In this document: positions 31,847-40,831 of the stretch, piece after piece
Position numbering within the stretch: the stretch's first letter is position 1
How the letters are laid out: every line of letters begins with the position of its first letter
DNA from: Pseudomonadales bacterium
Lineage (GTDB): Bacteria; Pseudomonadota; Gammaproteobacteria; Pseudomonadales; GM7GCV1
Assembly: GCA_965661125.1 (NCBI GenBank)
Contig: CBFICI010000004.1
Location: 40,544 to 104,543, forward strand
Length of the DNA: 64,000 nucleotides
Direction of reading: 5' to 3'
Position numbers and translations under genes: made by a program
Notes under the pieces: model-generated
What the model was told of the DNA's origin: nothing
What the model saw: the letters and a program-made list of their open reading frames with translations, nothing else
The model's database searches: none

Positions 31847-33250
31847 ATGAACGCGAATAACAAGGGAGTTCATGAAGTTTGGGCCAGCCGATGGACCTTT
31901 ATTCTGGCGGCTACCGGCTCGGCTGTGGGCCTGGGAAACATTTGGAAATTTCCTTATATCACGGGTGAAAACGGTGGCGGCGCATTTGTGCTGGTCTACC
32001 TCGCCTGTATCTTACTGATCGGCATTCCGGTGATGATTTCGGAAGTGGTGATGGGCAAATGGGGCCGTTCCAGTCCGGTGCACACCATGCACAAGCTGGT
32101 TGATGAGGTGGGTGCACCAAAATTCTGGCACGGCATTGGCTGGCTGGGTGTGATTGCCGGCGTCATTATTCTTTCCTACTACAGTGTGATCGCGGGCTGG
32201 GCTCTGCACTATTTTGGCCAAGCTATTTCCGGCAATTTGCAGGGTATTGATGGCGCCGGTGCCAACCTACTGTTTGAGAACCTGCTCGCCAAGCCCGGCA
32301 TGCTGGTGTTTTACCACAGTCTTTTCATGCTGATGACCATGGCCGTGGTCATTGCCGGTGTGACCCGGGGTTTGGGCCGGGCCGTCAGCGTATTGATGCC
32401 AGTTCTTTTGGTGCTGCTGGTTGTTCTGCTTATTTTCAGTATCCGGCTGGGTGATTTTCCGGCCGCCTTTGCCTACATGTTTGCGTTCGATTTCAGTGCG
32501 CTGACCGGCGAGAGCATTCTGGTGGCCATGGGCCATGCCTTCTTTACCCTCAGCATCGGCATGGGTGCCATCATGGTCTATGGGGCCTACATGCCCGAGC
32601 ATGCGCCCATTGGCAAAACCGTTCTGACTGTTGCGGCCATGGACACCGGTGTTGCTCTGCTGGCTGGGTTGGCGATCTTCCCGCTGGTTTTTGCTAGTGC
32701 CGACATTGAACCTGCCACCGGGCCCGGTTTGCTCTTTGTCAGCCTGCCCATTGCCTTTGGCAACATACCTGCGGGGCTGCTGTTCGGAATGCTGTTTTTC
32801 CTGCTGGTTACCCTGGCGGCCTGGAGCTCTTCCATTTCACTGATTGAGCCGGCTATTAGCTGGCTGGTGGAGACCGGCAAAGGAACCCGGCTGCAAGGTG
32901 GCCTGGTGTTTGGCTTGCTAACCTGGCTACTGGGATTGGGTACTGTTTTCTCTTTCAACCTTTTCAGCGGCCCCGTGATAGGCAACTTTAATTTTTTCGA
33001 ATTGGCCGACTTCCTGACGTCGAGTGTCATGCTGCCGCTGGGCGGCCTGCTGATGGCACTATTTGTCGGTTGGTTAATGAATAAAACTATTTTGCGCTCG
33101 GAACTGGACATGGATCGCGACCGGGTGTTTTACCTCTGGTACAACTGCTTGCGATGGGTTTCTCCGCTGCTGGTGCTTTGGGTGTTTCTCGAAGGGCTGG
33201 CCGATATCCTCGGCATCCGCTGGTTGTCCCTGATTGAATTACTCACCTGA
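31847..33250 (+). CDS. Sodium-dependent transporter, neurotransmitter:sodium symporter (NSS/SNF) family
   Basis: WASRWTFILAATGSAVGLGNIWKFPY is the NSS signature, with about 11-12 TM helices. The ATG at 31847 has a GGGGAA RBS. An alternative ATG lies at 31832. Confidence 0.88.
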   Translation: MNANNKGVHEVWASRWTFILAATGSAVGLGNIWKFPYITGENGGGAFVLVYLACILLIGIPVMISEVVMGKWGRSSPVHTMHKLVDEVGAPKFWHGIGWLGVIAGVIILSYYSVIAGWALHYFGQAISGNLQGIDGAGANLLFENLLAKPGMLVFYHSLFMLMTMAVVIAGVTRGLGRAVSVLMPVLLVLLVVLLIFSIRLGDFPAAFAYMFAFDFSALTGESILVAMGHAFFTLSIGMGAIMVYGAYMPEHAPIGKTVLTVAAMDTGVALLAGLAIFPLVFASADIEPATGPGLLFVSLPIAFGNIPAGLLFGMLFFLLVTLAAWSSSISLIEPAISWLVETGKGTRLQGGLVFGLLTWLLGLGTVFSFNLFSGPVIGNFNFFELADFLTSSVMLPLGGLLMALFVGWLMNKTILRSELDMDRDRVFYLWYNCLRWVSPLLVLWVFLEGLADILGIRWLSLIELLT

Positions 33251-33256
33251 TCCGGT

Positions 33257-33688
33257 TTGACGCGGGTAGAACGACAGGCGTTGCTGCCATTCAGCGCCAT
33301 GCAGATGTTCCAGCTGGTCGAGGATGTGGAGCAGTATCCGACTTTTCTTTCCGCCTGCCGAGACGCCCGGGTCATCAGCCGTGATGCCGGTATTACGGTG
33401 GCCGAGTTGGTGTTGGAGAAGGCCGGCCTTGAGCAGCGCTTTACCACGCGAAATATCAATCGCCCCGGCGAATCAATCGACCTCGAACTTGAGCGCGGTC
33501 CTTTCAGCTTCTTGCAGGGGCGCTGGACATTTGAGTCACTGGCGGAGGATTCCTGCAGGGTGAGTTTTGTGCTCGAATTTGAAATGAAGCGGCAGCTGAT
33601 GCAGAAGCTGATTGCCAGTATGGTGGCGGAAACCGCCAACCGTCTGGTGGATGCAATTTGCCAACGCGCCCATCAACTTTACGGTTAA
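33257..33688 (+). CDS. ratA: SRPBCC/START-fold ubiquinone-binding protein (RatA/PasT/Coq10-like)
   Basis: FQLVEDVEQYPTFLSACRDARVI...GPFSFLQGRWTF matches the family. It is paired with rnfH and lies opposite bamE as in other gammaproteobacteria. TTG start. Confidence 0.85.
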   Translation: MTRVERQALLPFSAMQMFQLVEDVEQYPTFLSACRDARVISRDAGITVAELVLEKAGLEQRFTTRNINRPGESIDLELERGPFSFLQGRWTFESLAEDSCRVSFVLEFEMKRQLMQKLIASMVAETANRLVDAICQRAHQLYG

Positions 33689-33693
33689 ACACA

Positions 33694-34047
33694 ATGGCTG
33701 AAACAGTCAGTATCGAAGTCGCATATGCGCTGCCCGAGCGGCAGAAAATTGTCGAGCTGCAGGTGCCGGTAGGCACAACGGCGCGAGACGCCGTGCAGCT
33801 TTCAAATATCGTCAGCTATTTCCCGGATCTGGACGTAACCCAGGCTTCGCTGGGCATATTTGGCAATGAGTTGGGTGGCCGCGGGCTGGCACCGGCAGAG
33901 GAGTACCAGGTGCGTGAGGGCGATCGCATCGAAATATATCGCGGGCTGATTGCCGACCCGAAAGAGGTCAGGCGCCGCCGTGCAGAGGAAGCCAAGCAGA
34001 AACGCGCGGCTGAGAAAGCTGCCGCGCGGGACGATAAAAGCCAGTAG
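33694..34047 (+). CDS. rnfH: RnfH family (UPF0125) ubiquitin-fold protein
   Basis: VSIEVAYALPERQKIVELQVPVGTTARDAV...GDRIEIYRGLIADPKE matches the family. Confidence 0.85.
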   Translation: MAETVSIEVAYALPERQKIVELQVPVGTTARDAVQLSNIVSYFPDLDVTQASLGIFGNELGGRGLAPAEEYQVREGDRIEIYRGLIADPKEVRRRRAEEAKQKRAAEKAAARDDKSQ

Positions 34048-34067
34048 TCAGGCCGTTCGAAATTGCT

Positions 34068-34448
34068 TCAGGCCTCAGGCGAGGCCGCTTCTTCCCCGGG
34101 AAGGCTGTAGTCGCCTTCAGCCCTTACCAGTGAGTTGTCTTCAAAAAACAGGGTCACGGATCGTTCGGTGACTTCTCCGGTGGGGAAGTAGTACAGGTAG
34201 GTATAGTCCCACCGGTCCAGGTCGAAACTGTCCATTACAAGCGGGGTGCCCAAGACGAACTGCACCTGGGTGCGTGTCATGCCAAGCCGCAGCTCTTCCA
34301 GCTGCTCCTCATCCACATAGTTCCCCTGGGCAATGGCTATTCGGTGCACGCCAGGAAAAACAAACAGGTTGGGCGCGCTGGTGCAGGCTGTCATGCCCAG
34401 CAGCAATAGAGCGAAAGAAATACGCCGGACCGGGCTGGCGATTCGCAT
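34068..34448 (-). CDS. bamE: Outer membrane protein assembly factor BamE (SmpA/OmlA)
   Basis: Lipobox LLLGMTAC. QGNYVDEEQLEELRLGMTRTQVQFVLGTP is also present. It is divergent from fur. Confidence 0.9.
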   Translation of the reverse strand: MRIASPVRRISFALLLLGMTACTSAPNLFVFPGVHRIAIAQGNYVDEEQLEELRLGMTRTQVQFVLGTPLVMDSFDLDRWDYTYLYYFPTGEVTERSVTLFFEDNSLVRAEGDYSLPGEEAASPEA

Positions 34449-34514
34449 AGGGTGTTTCCATTAAATGTGTGAGGCCGGATAATAGCCCATCAATGCCTAC
34501 CAGTTGAACCTTAG

Positions 34515-34922
34515 ATGCCAGATCAGAACAAGGAACTGCAAAAAGCCGGGCTGAAGGTCACCATGCCCCGCCTGAAAATTCTCGAGCTGCTGGAAACCGC
34601 GGACGAGGGTCATTTGTCTGCCGAAGAAATCTACCAGCGCCTCCTCGAGGAGGGCGAGCAAACAGGTCTGGCAACCGTGTACCGGGTGCTAACCCAGTTC
34701 GAGAGTGCGGGCCTTGTCTTGCGACACAACTTTGAGGGCGGCAAAGCCGTTTACGAGATAGACAGCGGCAGCCACCATGATCATATGGTGTGCACGGAAA
34801 CCGGTCGGGTGATTGAATTTCACAGTGAAGAAATCGAGCAATTGCAGGATCGCATTGCAGCCGAGCATGGTTACGAGCTTACCGATCACTCGCTGGTGTT
34901 GTACGTGCGGCCAAAAAAATAG
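34515..34922 (+). CDS. fur: Ferric uptake regulator
   Basis: LKKAGLKVTMPRLKILELL, ATVYRVLTQFESAGLV and HHDHMVC are present. Confidence 0.96.
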   Translation: MPDQNKELQKAGLKVTMPRLKILELLETADEGHLSAEEIYQRLLEEGEQTGLATVYRVLTQFESAGLVLRHNFEGGKAVYEIDSGSHHDHMVCTETGRVIEFHSEEIEQLQDRIAAEHGYELTDHSLVLYVRPKK

Positions 34923-34973
34923 GCTATGCGGGTCAAACTCCGGCAGGCTTGAGTTTCACAAGAGGGTGGGGCG

Positions 34974-35954
34974 TTGATAAATCCGGTTAGGGAAAAAGTC
35001 TGGAACCTGCTCGTTGGTTTTTTGATCAAGAAAGACGAGGCGGCCTCGCTTTCTCCCAACGACCTTGAATGCATGCGTAGTTCGATACGCGCCGGTGATG
35101 TGTTGCTGGTAGAAGGCCGATCCCGGGTGGGCTATATCATCAAGGTGATCTCGCGCAGCTCCTGGAGCCATGCCGCTCTTTGCATTGGCAGCCTGAACTC
35201 AATCAAGGACAAACAGCTGGCACAAAAGGTTGGCGAGTACTGGGATGGCGACCCGGATGAGCCTTTGCTGGTGGAGTCGGAAATTGATCGCGGTACCGTG
35301 GTAACCCCGCTCAGTCACTACAGCGCCTACCACATGCGAATCTGCCGCCCTATTGGGCTGACGGCAGAAGACTGCAGTACGGTGATGGAGTTCATGATCG
35401 GTAAAATCGGTACCCGCTACGATGTGAAACAGTTGCTCGATCTGGCCCGTTTCCTGATTCCCTGGTGGACTCTGGTTCCGCGCCGCTGGCACAGCACTCT
35501 GTTTGAACATAACGCAGGCGATCCAACGCGCGCTGTCTGCAGTTCACTTATAGCCGAAGCCTTTGCGCTGGTAGATTTTCCAATTCTGCCGCTGATTCAG
35601 TCGGACCACGCCGGAGTTTATCGCTTGTTTCGCCGCAATCCACGACTCTACGCGCCGCGCGATTTCGACTATTCACCCTACTTCGATGTGGTGAAGTGCC
35701 CGATGCTGGTTGCCGAGCATAAGCGATGGGGCAAGCCGCGCAAGGGCTACTATCGCAAATTGGTATGGATTGACCACCCTGATCCCGACCATGAAATGCA
35801 CGAAACGGTCAGCAATCCCAATGTGTTACATGTGGGCCCTGCAGAGCTGGCAGGGCATGGAGCTCATGCTGTTCCGGTAGATGACGAGCAGCACGAAGAG
35901 GACGAAGAAATGGTTCCCACCTTCCGCGAACCTGAAAAGGATGCGGAAAACTAA
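34974..35954 (+). CDS. YiiX/YaeF-like permuted papain-fold (NlpC/P60 superfamily) protein with acidic C-terminal tail
   Basis: The catalytic residues appear in permuted order: His first (SWSHAALCIG), Cys later (AVCSSLIAEAF). GDVLLVEG is present. The start is uncertain (TTG 34974 or ATG 35073). Confidence 0.55.
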   Translation: MINPVREKVWNLLVGFLIKKDEAASLSPNDLECMRSSIRAGDVLLVEGRSRVGYIIKVISRSSWSHAALCIGSLNSIKDKQLAQKVGEYWDGDPDEPLLVESEIDRGTVVTPLSHYSAYHMRICRPIGLTAEDCSTVMEFMIGKIGTRYDVKQLLDLARFLIPWWTLVPRRWHSTLFEHNAGDPTRAVCSSLIAEAFALVDFPILPLIQSDHAGVYRLFRRNPRLYAPRDFDYSPYFDVVKCPMLVAEHKRWGKPRKGYYRKLVWIDHPDPDHEMHETVSNPNVLHVGPAELAGHGAHAVPVDDEQHEEDEEMVPTFREPEKDAEN

Positions 35955-35970
35955 TGGGCTGCTGCGACTA

Positions 35971-36936
35971 CTAAATGCCGCTGTTTAATCTGGAGCGTCG
36001 CGGTGCCACGTCCGTGGTTTTGCGAATTTCGCGAATGCCGTGTTCAGGTCGATGTCGGGTGCGGTACTGCTTGGGCGCAGCGCCCACCTGCTTGCTGAAA
36101 AAACGGGTGAAATAGGCCGGGTCGGAAAACCCCAGTTCGTAAGCAATTTCGCTAATGGTCATGGCGGTATAGATAAGCAACCGCTTGGCTTCCAGGGTAA
36201 CTCGCTCGTGCACAATATGCAGGGCCGATTCGCCTACCTTGGCGCGACAAATATTATTCAGCTGGGCACTGCTCATACCCATCAGGCTGGCGTATTCCTT
36301 GATTGACATGCCACTGCGGTAGTGCTGCTCGATCAGTTTCTTGAATCGCCTTATTCGCTGCGCATCCCTGTCGGTAGCGCCCGACTCAATCGGTACTTTG
36401 TTGCTGGGTTGGTGGCGCATTGCCCAGACAAATATCAGGCGCAGTAGCGACTGGATAGCAATAAACCGGGAGGGGTTGTCGTGGCTGTACTCCCTTGCCA
36501 GTTCTTTAAACAGCTGGTCCAGGTCGCTCCAGCGGTCGTCGGAGTTGCCCGATATCACAACTGGGTGCTCGCTGAACACACTGTAGGTGTCCTCATAGCT
36601 TAGCAGATGAGCCAGCGACGACCCCGGAATGGTCAGCAGGTGACCGTGAATGGTTTCAGTCGGAATGAATCCGTGCACGCACATGGCCGGAACGGTCACC
36701 AGCAGCGGCGCATTGATGCGAAACTCCTCGCCGTCCAGGGCGGCGCGTGCACTGCCGTTGAAGAGGTACATCACATGGAAAAGGTCGAGGTGTCGGTGGG
36801 TATCAATGCCGCCGTCAGACTCGGCGCAGCGCTGCTGGATGTACTCGTGGTGCACCAACTCGGTAATTGGCCACTCCTGGCTGCCTTGAAACAGTTTCAG
36901 GGTGGGAACTTTGGTTCTTTGATTCGGGCTGGTCAT
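35971..36936 (-). CDS. AraC family transcriptional regulator (cupin sensor + HTH)
   Basis: The C-terminal double HTH carries SIKEYASLMGMSSAQLNNICR and ISEIAYELGFSDPAYFTRFF. The N-terminal cupin-like domain contains THRHLDLFHV. Confidence 0.88.
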   Translation of the reverse strand: MTSPNQRTKVPTLKLFQGSQEWPITELVHHEYIQQRCAESDGGIDTHRHLDLFHVMYLFNGSARAALDGEEFRINAPLLVTVPAMCVHGFIPTETIHGHLLTIPGSSLAHLLSYEDTYSVFSEHPVVISGNSDDRWSDLDQLFKELAREYSHDNPSRFIAIQSLLRLIFVWAMRHQPSNKVPIESGATDRDAQRIRRFKKLIEQHYRSGMSIKEYASLMGMSSAQLNNICRAKVGESALHIVHERVTLEAKRLLIYTAMTISEIAYELGFSDPAYFTRFFSKQVGAAPKQYRTRHRPEHGIREIRKTTDVAPRRSRLNSGI

Positions 36937-36961
36937 GACGGAACTCTAATGTGGCATTTTA

Positions 36962-37035
36962 TTTTGTACAAGTGTTTTGTACTTTTGTATCTTCTGTGAA
37001 AGTCTGGCTCGCCCTAGAGTGCCTAACGTACAAAA
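36962..37035. promoter_or_regulatory. Candidate operator array: TTTTGTAC/TTTTGTAT direct repeats plus one inverted copy
   Basis: TTTTGTAC at 36962-36969 and 36975-36982. TTTTGTAT at 36983-36990. Inverted GTACAAAA at 37028-37035. All lie in the 120-bp AT-rich divergent region between the AraC gene and the fadE-like gene. Confidence 0.4.
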
Positions 37036-37056
37036 AAGCCCTTCGGGAGGTAGATC

Positions 37057-39537
37057 GTGTCTGCGATTGCATTTTTCATTTTATGGTTGGTGCTGGCTGG
37101 CCTGGCCGTTTTTCTGAGCTTCAACCTGGTTAAAGAGCAGCGGGTCCAGTTTATTGCCGCTGCCGGTTCCTTTGTCGCTGTTCTGCTGCTGTACAGCCTG
37201 CAGGGCAGTGCGCCGGGAATACTGTACGCTGCGCTCTGGTTGGCCACGGCGGCCGTTCTGATGGTTGCGGTTGTGCCTTCAGTCCGTCAATCCGTATTTA
37301 TGAAGCCCATGCTGGCCTACTTCCGAAAGGTGCTTCCACCCATGTCGGAAACCGAAGCAGCGGCCCTTGAGGCCGGTACCGTGTGGTGGGAGCGCGAGCT
37401 GTTTTCGGGCAAGCCTGACTGGCAGCAGCTTCGCAACGCCGATGAGGCTCGCCTGACTGAAGAAGAGCAGGCCTTTATGGACAATCAGGTCGAAACCCTC
37501 TGCAGCATGGTTGACGACCATCAAGTAAGTTCCGAACTGTTCGATTTGCCGAAGGATGTTTGGGACTACCTGCGCAGCGAAGGCTTCTTCGGCATGATTT
37601 TGCCAAAAAAATTCGGTGGTCTGGAATTTTCTGCCTACGCCCACTCCTGCGTGGTGCAAAAAGTGGCCAGTCGATCCGGCACGCTGGGTGTGACCACCAT
37701 GGTGCCCAACTCGCTGGGCCCTGGCCTGCTGTTGCTCGAATACGGTACCGACGAGCAGCGTGACTATTATCTGCCGCGACTGGCAAAGGGCGACGAAATT
37801 CCCTGCTTCGCACTGACCGAGCCCGAAGCTGGATCGGATGCCGCTGGCATGACCAGTCACGGTATCGTGGTGAAGCAAAAAATCGATGGCAAGGAAAGCA
37901 TCGGTATCAAACTGAACTGGAGCAAGCGCTACATTACCCTGGCACCAGTCGCTACCGTGATGGGGTTGGCCTTCAAGTTGTATGACCCAGATCACCTGCT
38001 GGGCGACAAGGAGGACATGGGTTTCACTGTGGCCCTTATTCCTACCGACATGGAAGGCGTCGAAATCGGCGACCGCCATATGCCCCTGAATACACCCTTC
38101 ATGAATGGCCCGATTCGCGGCAAAGATGTAATCATCGGTATGGAGCACATTATTGGCGGCGAAGCCCAGCTGGGTAACGGCTGGCGCATGCTGATGGAGT
38201 GTCTGTCGGATGGCCGCGGTATATCCCTGCCATCACTCTCCAGTGCCGCGGGCAAGTTTTGCTGTTTCCACACAGGTGCCTACGCGCGCATTCGCAACCA
38301 GTTCGGTGTTCCAATCGCCGAGTTTGAAGGTGTGCAGGAATCCCTCGGGCTGATAGCCGGCAATACCTACCTGATGGACGCTGTGCGCACCATGACAGCC
38401 AGCAGTATCGATGCCGGTGAGAAGCCCAGTGTGGCTTCGGCTATCGCCAAATATCACCTGACCGAGCGCATGCGCAAGTGTATTGATGCGGCGCTGGATG
38501 TGCATGGCGGTTCCGCCATTTGTATGGGCCCGCGAAATCCGCTGGGCCGCAGCTACCAGGCGGTGCCCATCAGCATTACGGTAGAGGGCGCCAACATACT
38601 GACTCGTAGTCTGATCATCTTTGGCCAGGGCTCGGTGCGTTCACATCCCTGGATTCTCAAAGAGATGGAAGCGGCGCAGATGGACGATCCGCAAAAGGCC
38701 ATGCAGGCTTTTGACGAGGCCATCAGCAAACACGCGCTGATGTTCGTCAACAATCTGTCCAACGCCTTCCTGGGCAGTATCAGCAAGCGACTATTCATTC
38801 GCGGCCGGATGGGTTCTCCGGTTGATCACCACTATCGCAATCTGTCACTGCTGAGTGCCAAGTTCGGTCTGATGGCCGACCTGATGATGCTGCGATTCGG
38901 TGGCAGTCTGAAACGGTTGGAGTTTTATTCCTGCTATCTGGGTGACCTGCTCAGCGCACTCTACATGGGGTCTGCTGTGCTCAAGCACTATCAGAATCGC
39001 GGCGAGCGGCTGGATGACCTCGATCTGGTGAACTGGGCCATGCAGGACTGCTACCGTATGTTCCACGAAGCCATGACCAACATTCTGGCCAACAAGCCTC
39101 TGGGCGTTGGCACCGGTCTGCTCAAGCGCGCGCTTTATCCTCTGGGTATCCCCCAGGTGGCGCGCAACCGCAAACTGGATGGCCGCTTGTCAGCACTGAT
39201 CAGCAATGACTCGCCGCTGCGTGATTCTCTGGTAGATGGCATCTTTAAGCCGTCCGAGCAGAGCGACCCGGTTGCCTTTACCCAGGAGGCTTTGCGCAAG
39301 GTGCTGTCAGCCGAGGCGGTGGAGAAGAAATTCCGCAAACTTCGTCGTGACCTGGATGCCTGGGATGTCGACTATGCCGGCGCAGTTCAGGAAGCTCTCG
39401 ATAAAGGGCTGATCACCGAAGTGGAAGCGCAAACCCTGCGCGATGTGCAGGCGGCTCGTTTTGAAGCGGTACAGGTGGACGAGTTCGAGCACGACCACTG
39501 GATCAAGCCTGGCCTGGCCAAAGGAGAAGCGGCATGA
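37057..39537 (+). CDS. fadE: Large acyl-CoA dehydrogenase (FadE-type, N-terminal TM segment and C-terminal DUF1974-like domain)
   Basis: 826 aa. N-terminal hydrophobic helices are followed by ACAD motifs (CFALTEPEAGSDA, PFMNGPIRG, EGANILTRS). GTG start is preceded by GGGAGG. Confidence 0.88.
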   Translation: MSAIAFFILWLVLAGLAVFLSFNLVKEQRVQFIAAAGSFVAVLLLYSLQGSAPGILYAALWLATAAVLMVAVVPSVRQSVFMKPMLAYFRKVLPPMSETEAAALEAGTVWWERELFSGKPDWQQLRNADEARLTEEEQAFMDNQVETLCSMVDDHQVSSELFDLPKDVWDYLRSEGFFGMILPKKFGGLEFSAYAHSCVVQKVASRSGTLGVTTMVPNSLGPGLLLLEYGTDEQRDYYLPRLAKGDEIPCFALTEPEAGSDAAGMTSHGIVVKQKIDGKESIGIKLNWSKRYITLAPVATVMGLAFKLYDPDHLLGDKEDMGFTVALIPTDMEGVEIGDRHMPLNTPFMNGPIRGKDVIIGMEHIIGGEAQLGNGWRMLMECLSDGRGISLPSLSSAAGKFCCFHTGAYARIRNQFGVPIAEFEGVQESLGLIAGNTYLMDAVRTMTASSIDAGEKPSVASAIAKYHLTERMRKCIDAALDVHGGSAICMGPRNPLGRSYQAVPISITVEGANILTRSLIIFGQGSVRSHPWILKEMEAAQMDDPQKAMQAFDEAISKHALMFVNNLSNAFLGSISKRLFIRGRMGSPVDHHYRNLSLLSAKFGLMADLMMLRFGGSLKRLEFYSCYLGDLLSALYMGSAVLKHYQNRGERLDDLDLVNWAMQDCYRMFHEAMTNILANKPLGVGTGLLKRALYPLGIPQVARNRKLDGRLSALISNDSPLRDSLVDGIFKPSEQSDPVAFTQEALRKVLSAEAVEKKFRKLRRDLDAWDVDYAGAVQEALDKGLITEVEAQTLRDVQAARFEAVQVDEFEHDHWIKPGLAKGEAA

Positions 39538-40814
39538 CAGCCGTCTATCTGGTAGATGGTGCCCGTACGCCCATTCTGAAAGCGCGCGGCCGGCGCGGAC
39601 CCTTCTCTTCGGCCGATCTGGCCACCCTGGCCGGGCGCGAGCTGCTAATGCGTTCCGGCGTGTCGGCGGATGCCATCGACGAAACCATCCTGGGTTGTGT
39701 CATGCCATCCGAACGCGAGGCTAATATCGGTCGCGTAGCCAGCTTGCGTATGGGAATTCCCGAAGCGGCGCCGGCCTGGACGGTGCAGCGCAACTGCGCA
39801 TCCGGTATGCAGGCCATCGACAGTGCCATGAATCGTATACAGCTGGGTCACTCCGACCTGGTGATGGCGGGCGGAGTTGAGGCCATGAGCCGAGCCCCGG
39901 TGCTGTTTTCTGACAAATACGTCGATTTTCTGTCCTCGGTGATGGCTGCCAAAACCGGCATGGCCAAAATCAAGCAGCTATTAAAGTTCCGTCCTTCGTT
40001 GTTGACGCCCGTGTTTGCCCTGGAGCACGGACTGACCGACCCGGTGGTTAGTCTCAATATGGGCCAGACGGCTGAACAAATCGCCGAGCGCTTCTCGATT
40101 GATCGCCCGGCGATGGATGAGTTTGCCGTGCAAAGCCACTTGCGCGCATCTGCCGCGCAGGAGACCGGTGTTTATGACGCAGAAATCGTGCCGGTCTATG
40201 ACGACAGGGGTAACCTGCTGGATCGCGATAACGGCGTGCGTGCCGACTCCAATGTGGAGAAACTCTCCACCCTGAAACCAGTATTCGAAAAGCCCTATGG
40301 CAAGGTAACGGCTGCCAATAGCTCGCAAATCAGCGATGGCGCATCCTGGGTACTGCTGGCATCGGAAAAGGCAGTGCAGCAGTACGACCTGAAGCCAATG
40401 GCCAGGCTGGTTGATGTGCAATGGGCCGGGTTGGATCCTGCTGAAATGGGCCTGGGGCCGGCACACGCCATCGCCGAGCTGCTTACCGCCAATCAGTTGT
40501 CCATTCAGGACATCGACTATTGGGAAATCAACGAAGCCTTTGCCGCCCAGGTGTTGGCCTGCATTGAGGCTATGGATTCGCAGCAATACTGTCAGGATGT
40601 ATTGGGGCTGAATTCTGCCCTCGGCAGGTTGCCCGTGGACAGGCTGAATATTCACGGCGGTGCGGTGGCCTGTGGCCACCCGGTGGGCATGTCCGGCAAC
40701 CGTATAGTGTTGCACCTGGCGCGCACTCTTGCAGACAAGGGTGCCAAGCGCGGTATTGCGTCGCTCTGCATTGGCGGTGGTCAGGGTGGCGCCACTTTGA
40801 TTGAAATGCTGTGA
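39534..40814 (+). CDS. Acetyl-CoA C-acyltransferase (thiolase, long-insert type)
   Basis: VQRNCASGMQAI holds the active-site Cys. NEAFAAQVL and the C-terminal GGAVACGHPVGMSG...LCIGGGQG are present. ATGA overlap with fadE. Confidence 0.92.
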   Translation: MTAVYLVDGARTPILKARGRRGPFSSADLATLAGRELLMRSGVSADAIDETILGCVMPSEREANIGRVASLRMGIPEAAPAWTVQRNCASGMQAIDSAMNRIQLGHSDLVMAGGVEAMSRAPVLFSDKYVDFLSSVMAAKTGMAKIKQLLKFRPSLLTPVFALEHGLTDPVVSLNMGQTAEQIAERFSIDRPAMDEFAVQSHLRASAAQETGVYDAEIVPVYDDRGNLLDRDNGVRADSNVEKLSTLKPVFEKPYGKVTAANSSQISDGASWVLLASEKAVQQYDLKPMARLVDVQWAGLDPAEMGLGPAHAIAELLTANQLSIQDIDYWEINEAFAAQVLACIEAMDSQQYCQDVLGLNSALGRLPVDRLNIHGGAVACGHPVGMSGNRIVLHLARTLADKGAKRGIASLCIGGGQGGATLIEML

Positions 40815-40831
40815 GGCATAGTGGGGGAATA

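Noticed and set aside
33257-34047. ratA-rnfH as a type II toxin-antitoxin (RatAB/PasTI) module or defence element.
   Set aside because: This pair sits in its universal housekeeping position opposite bamE and fur. RatA/PasT is now regarded as a Coq10-like ubiquinone-binding protein rather than a bona fide toxin. Nothing suggests mobility.
34449-34514. Fur boxes in the bamE/fur divergent region (GGATAATAGCCCATCAATG) and upstream of the SIP gene (TTGTCAATTATTTGAA).
   Set aside because: Both match the 19-bp Fur consensus GATAATGATAATCATTATC at only about half the positions. That is too weak to call without a position-weight-matrix scan.
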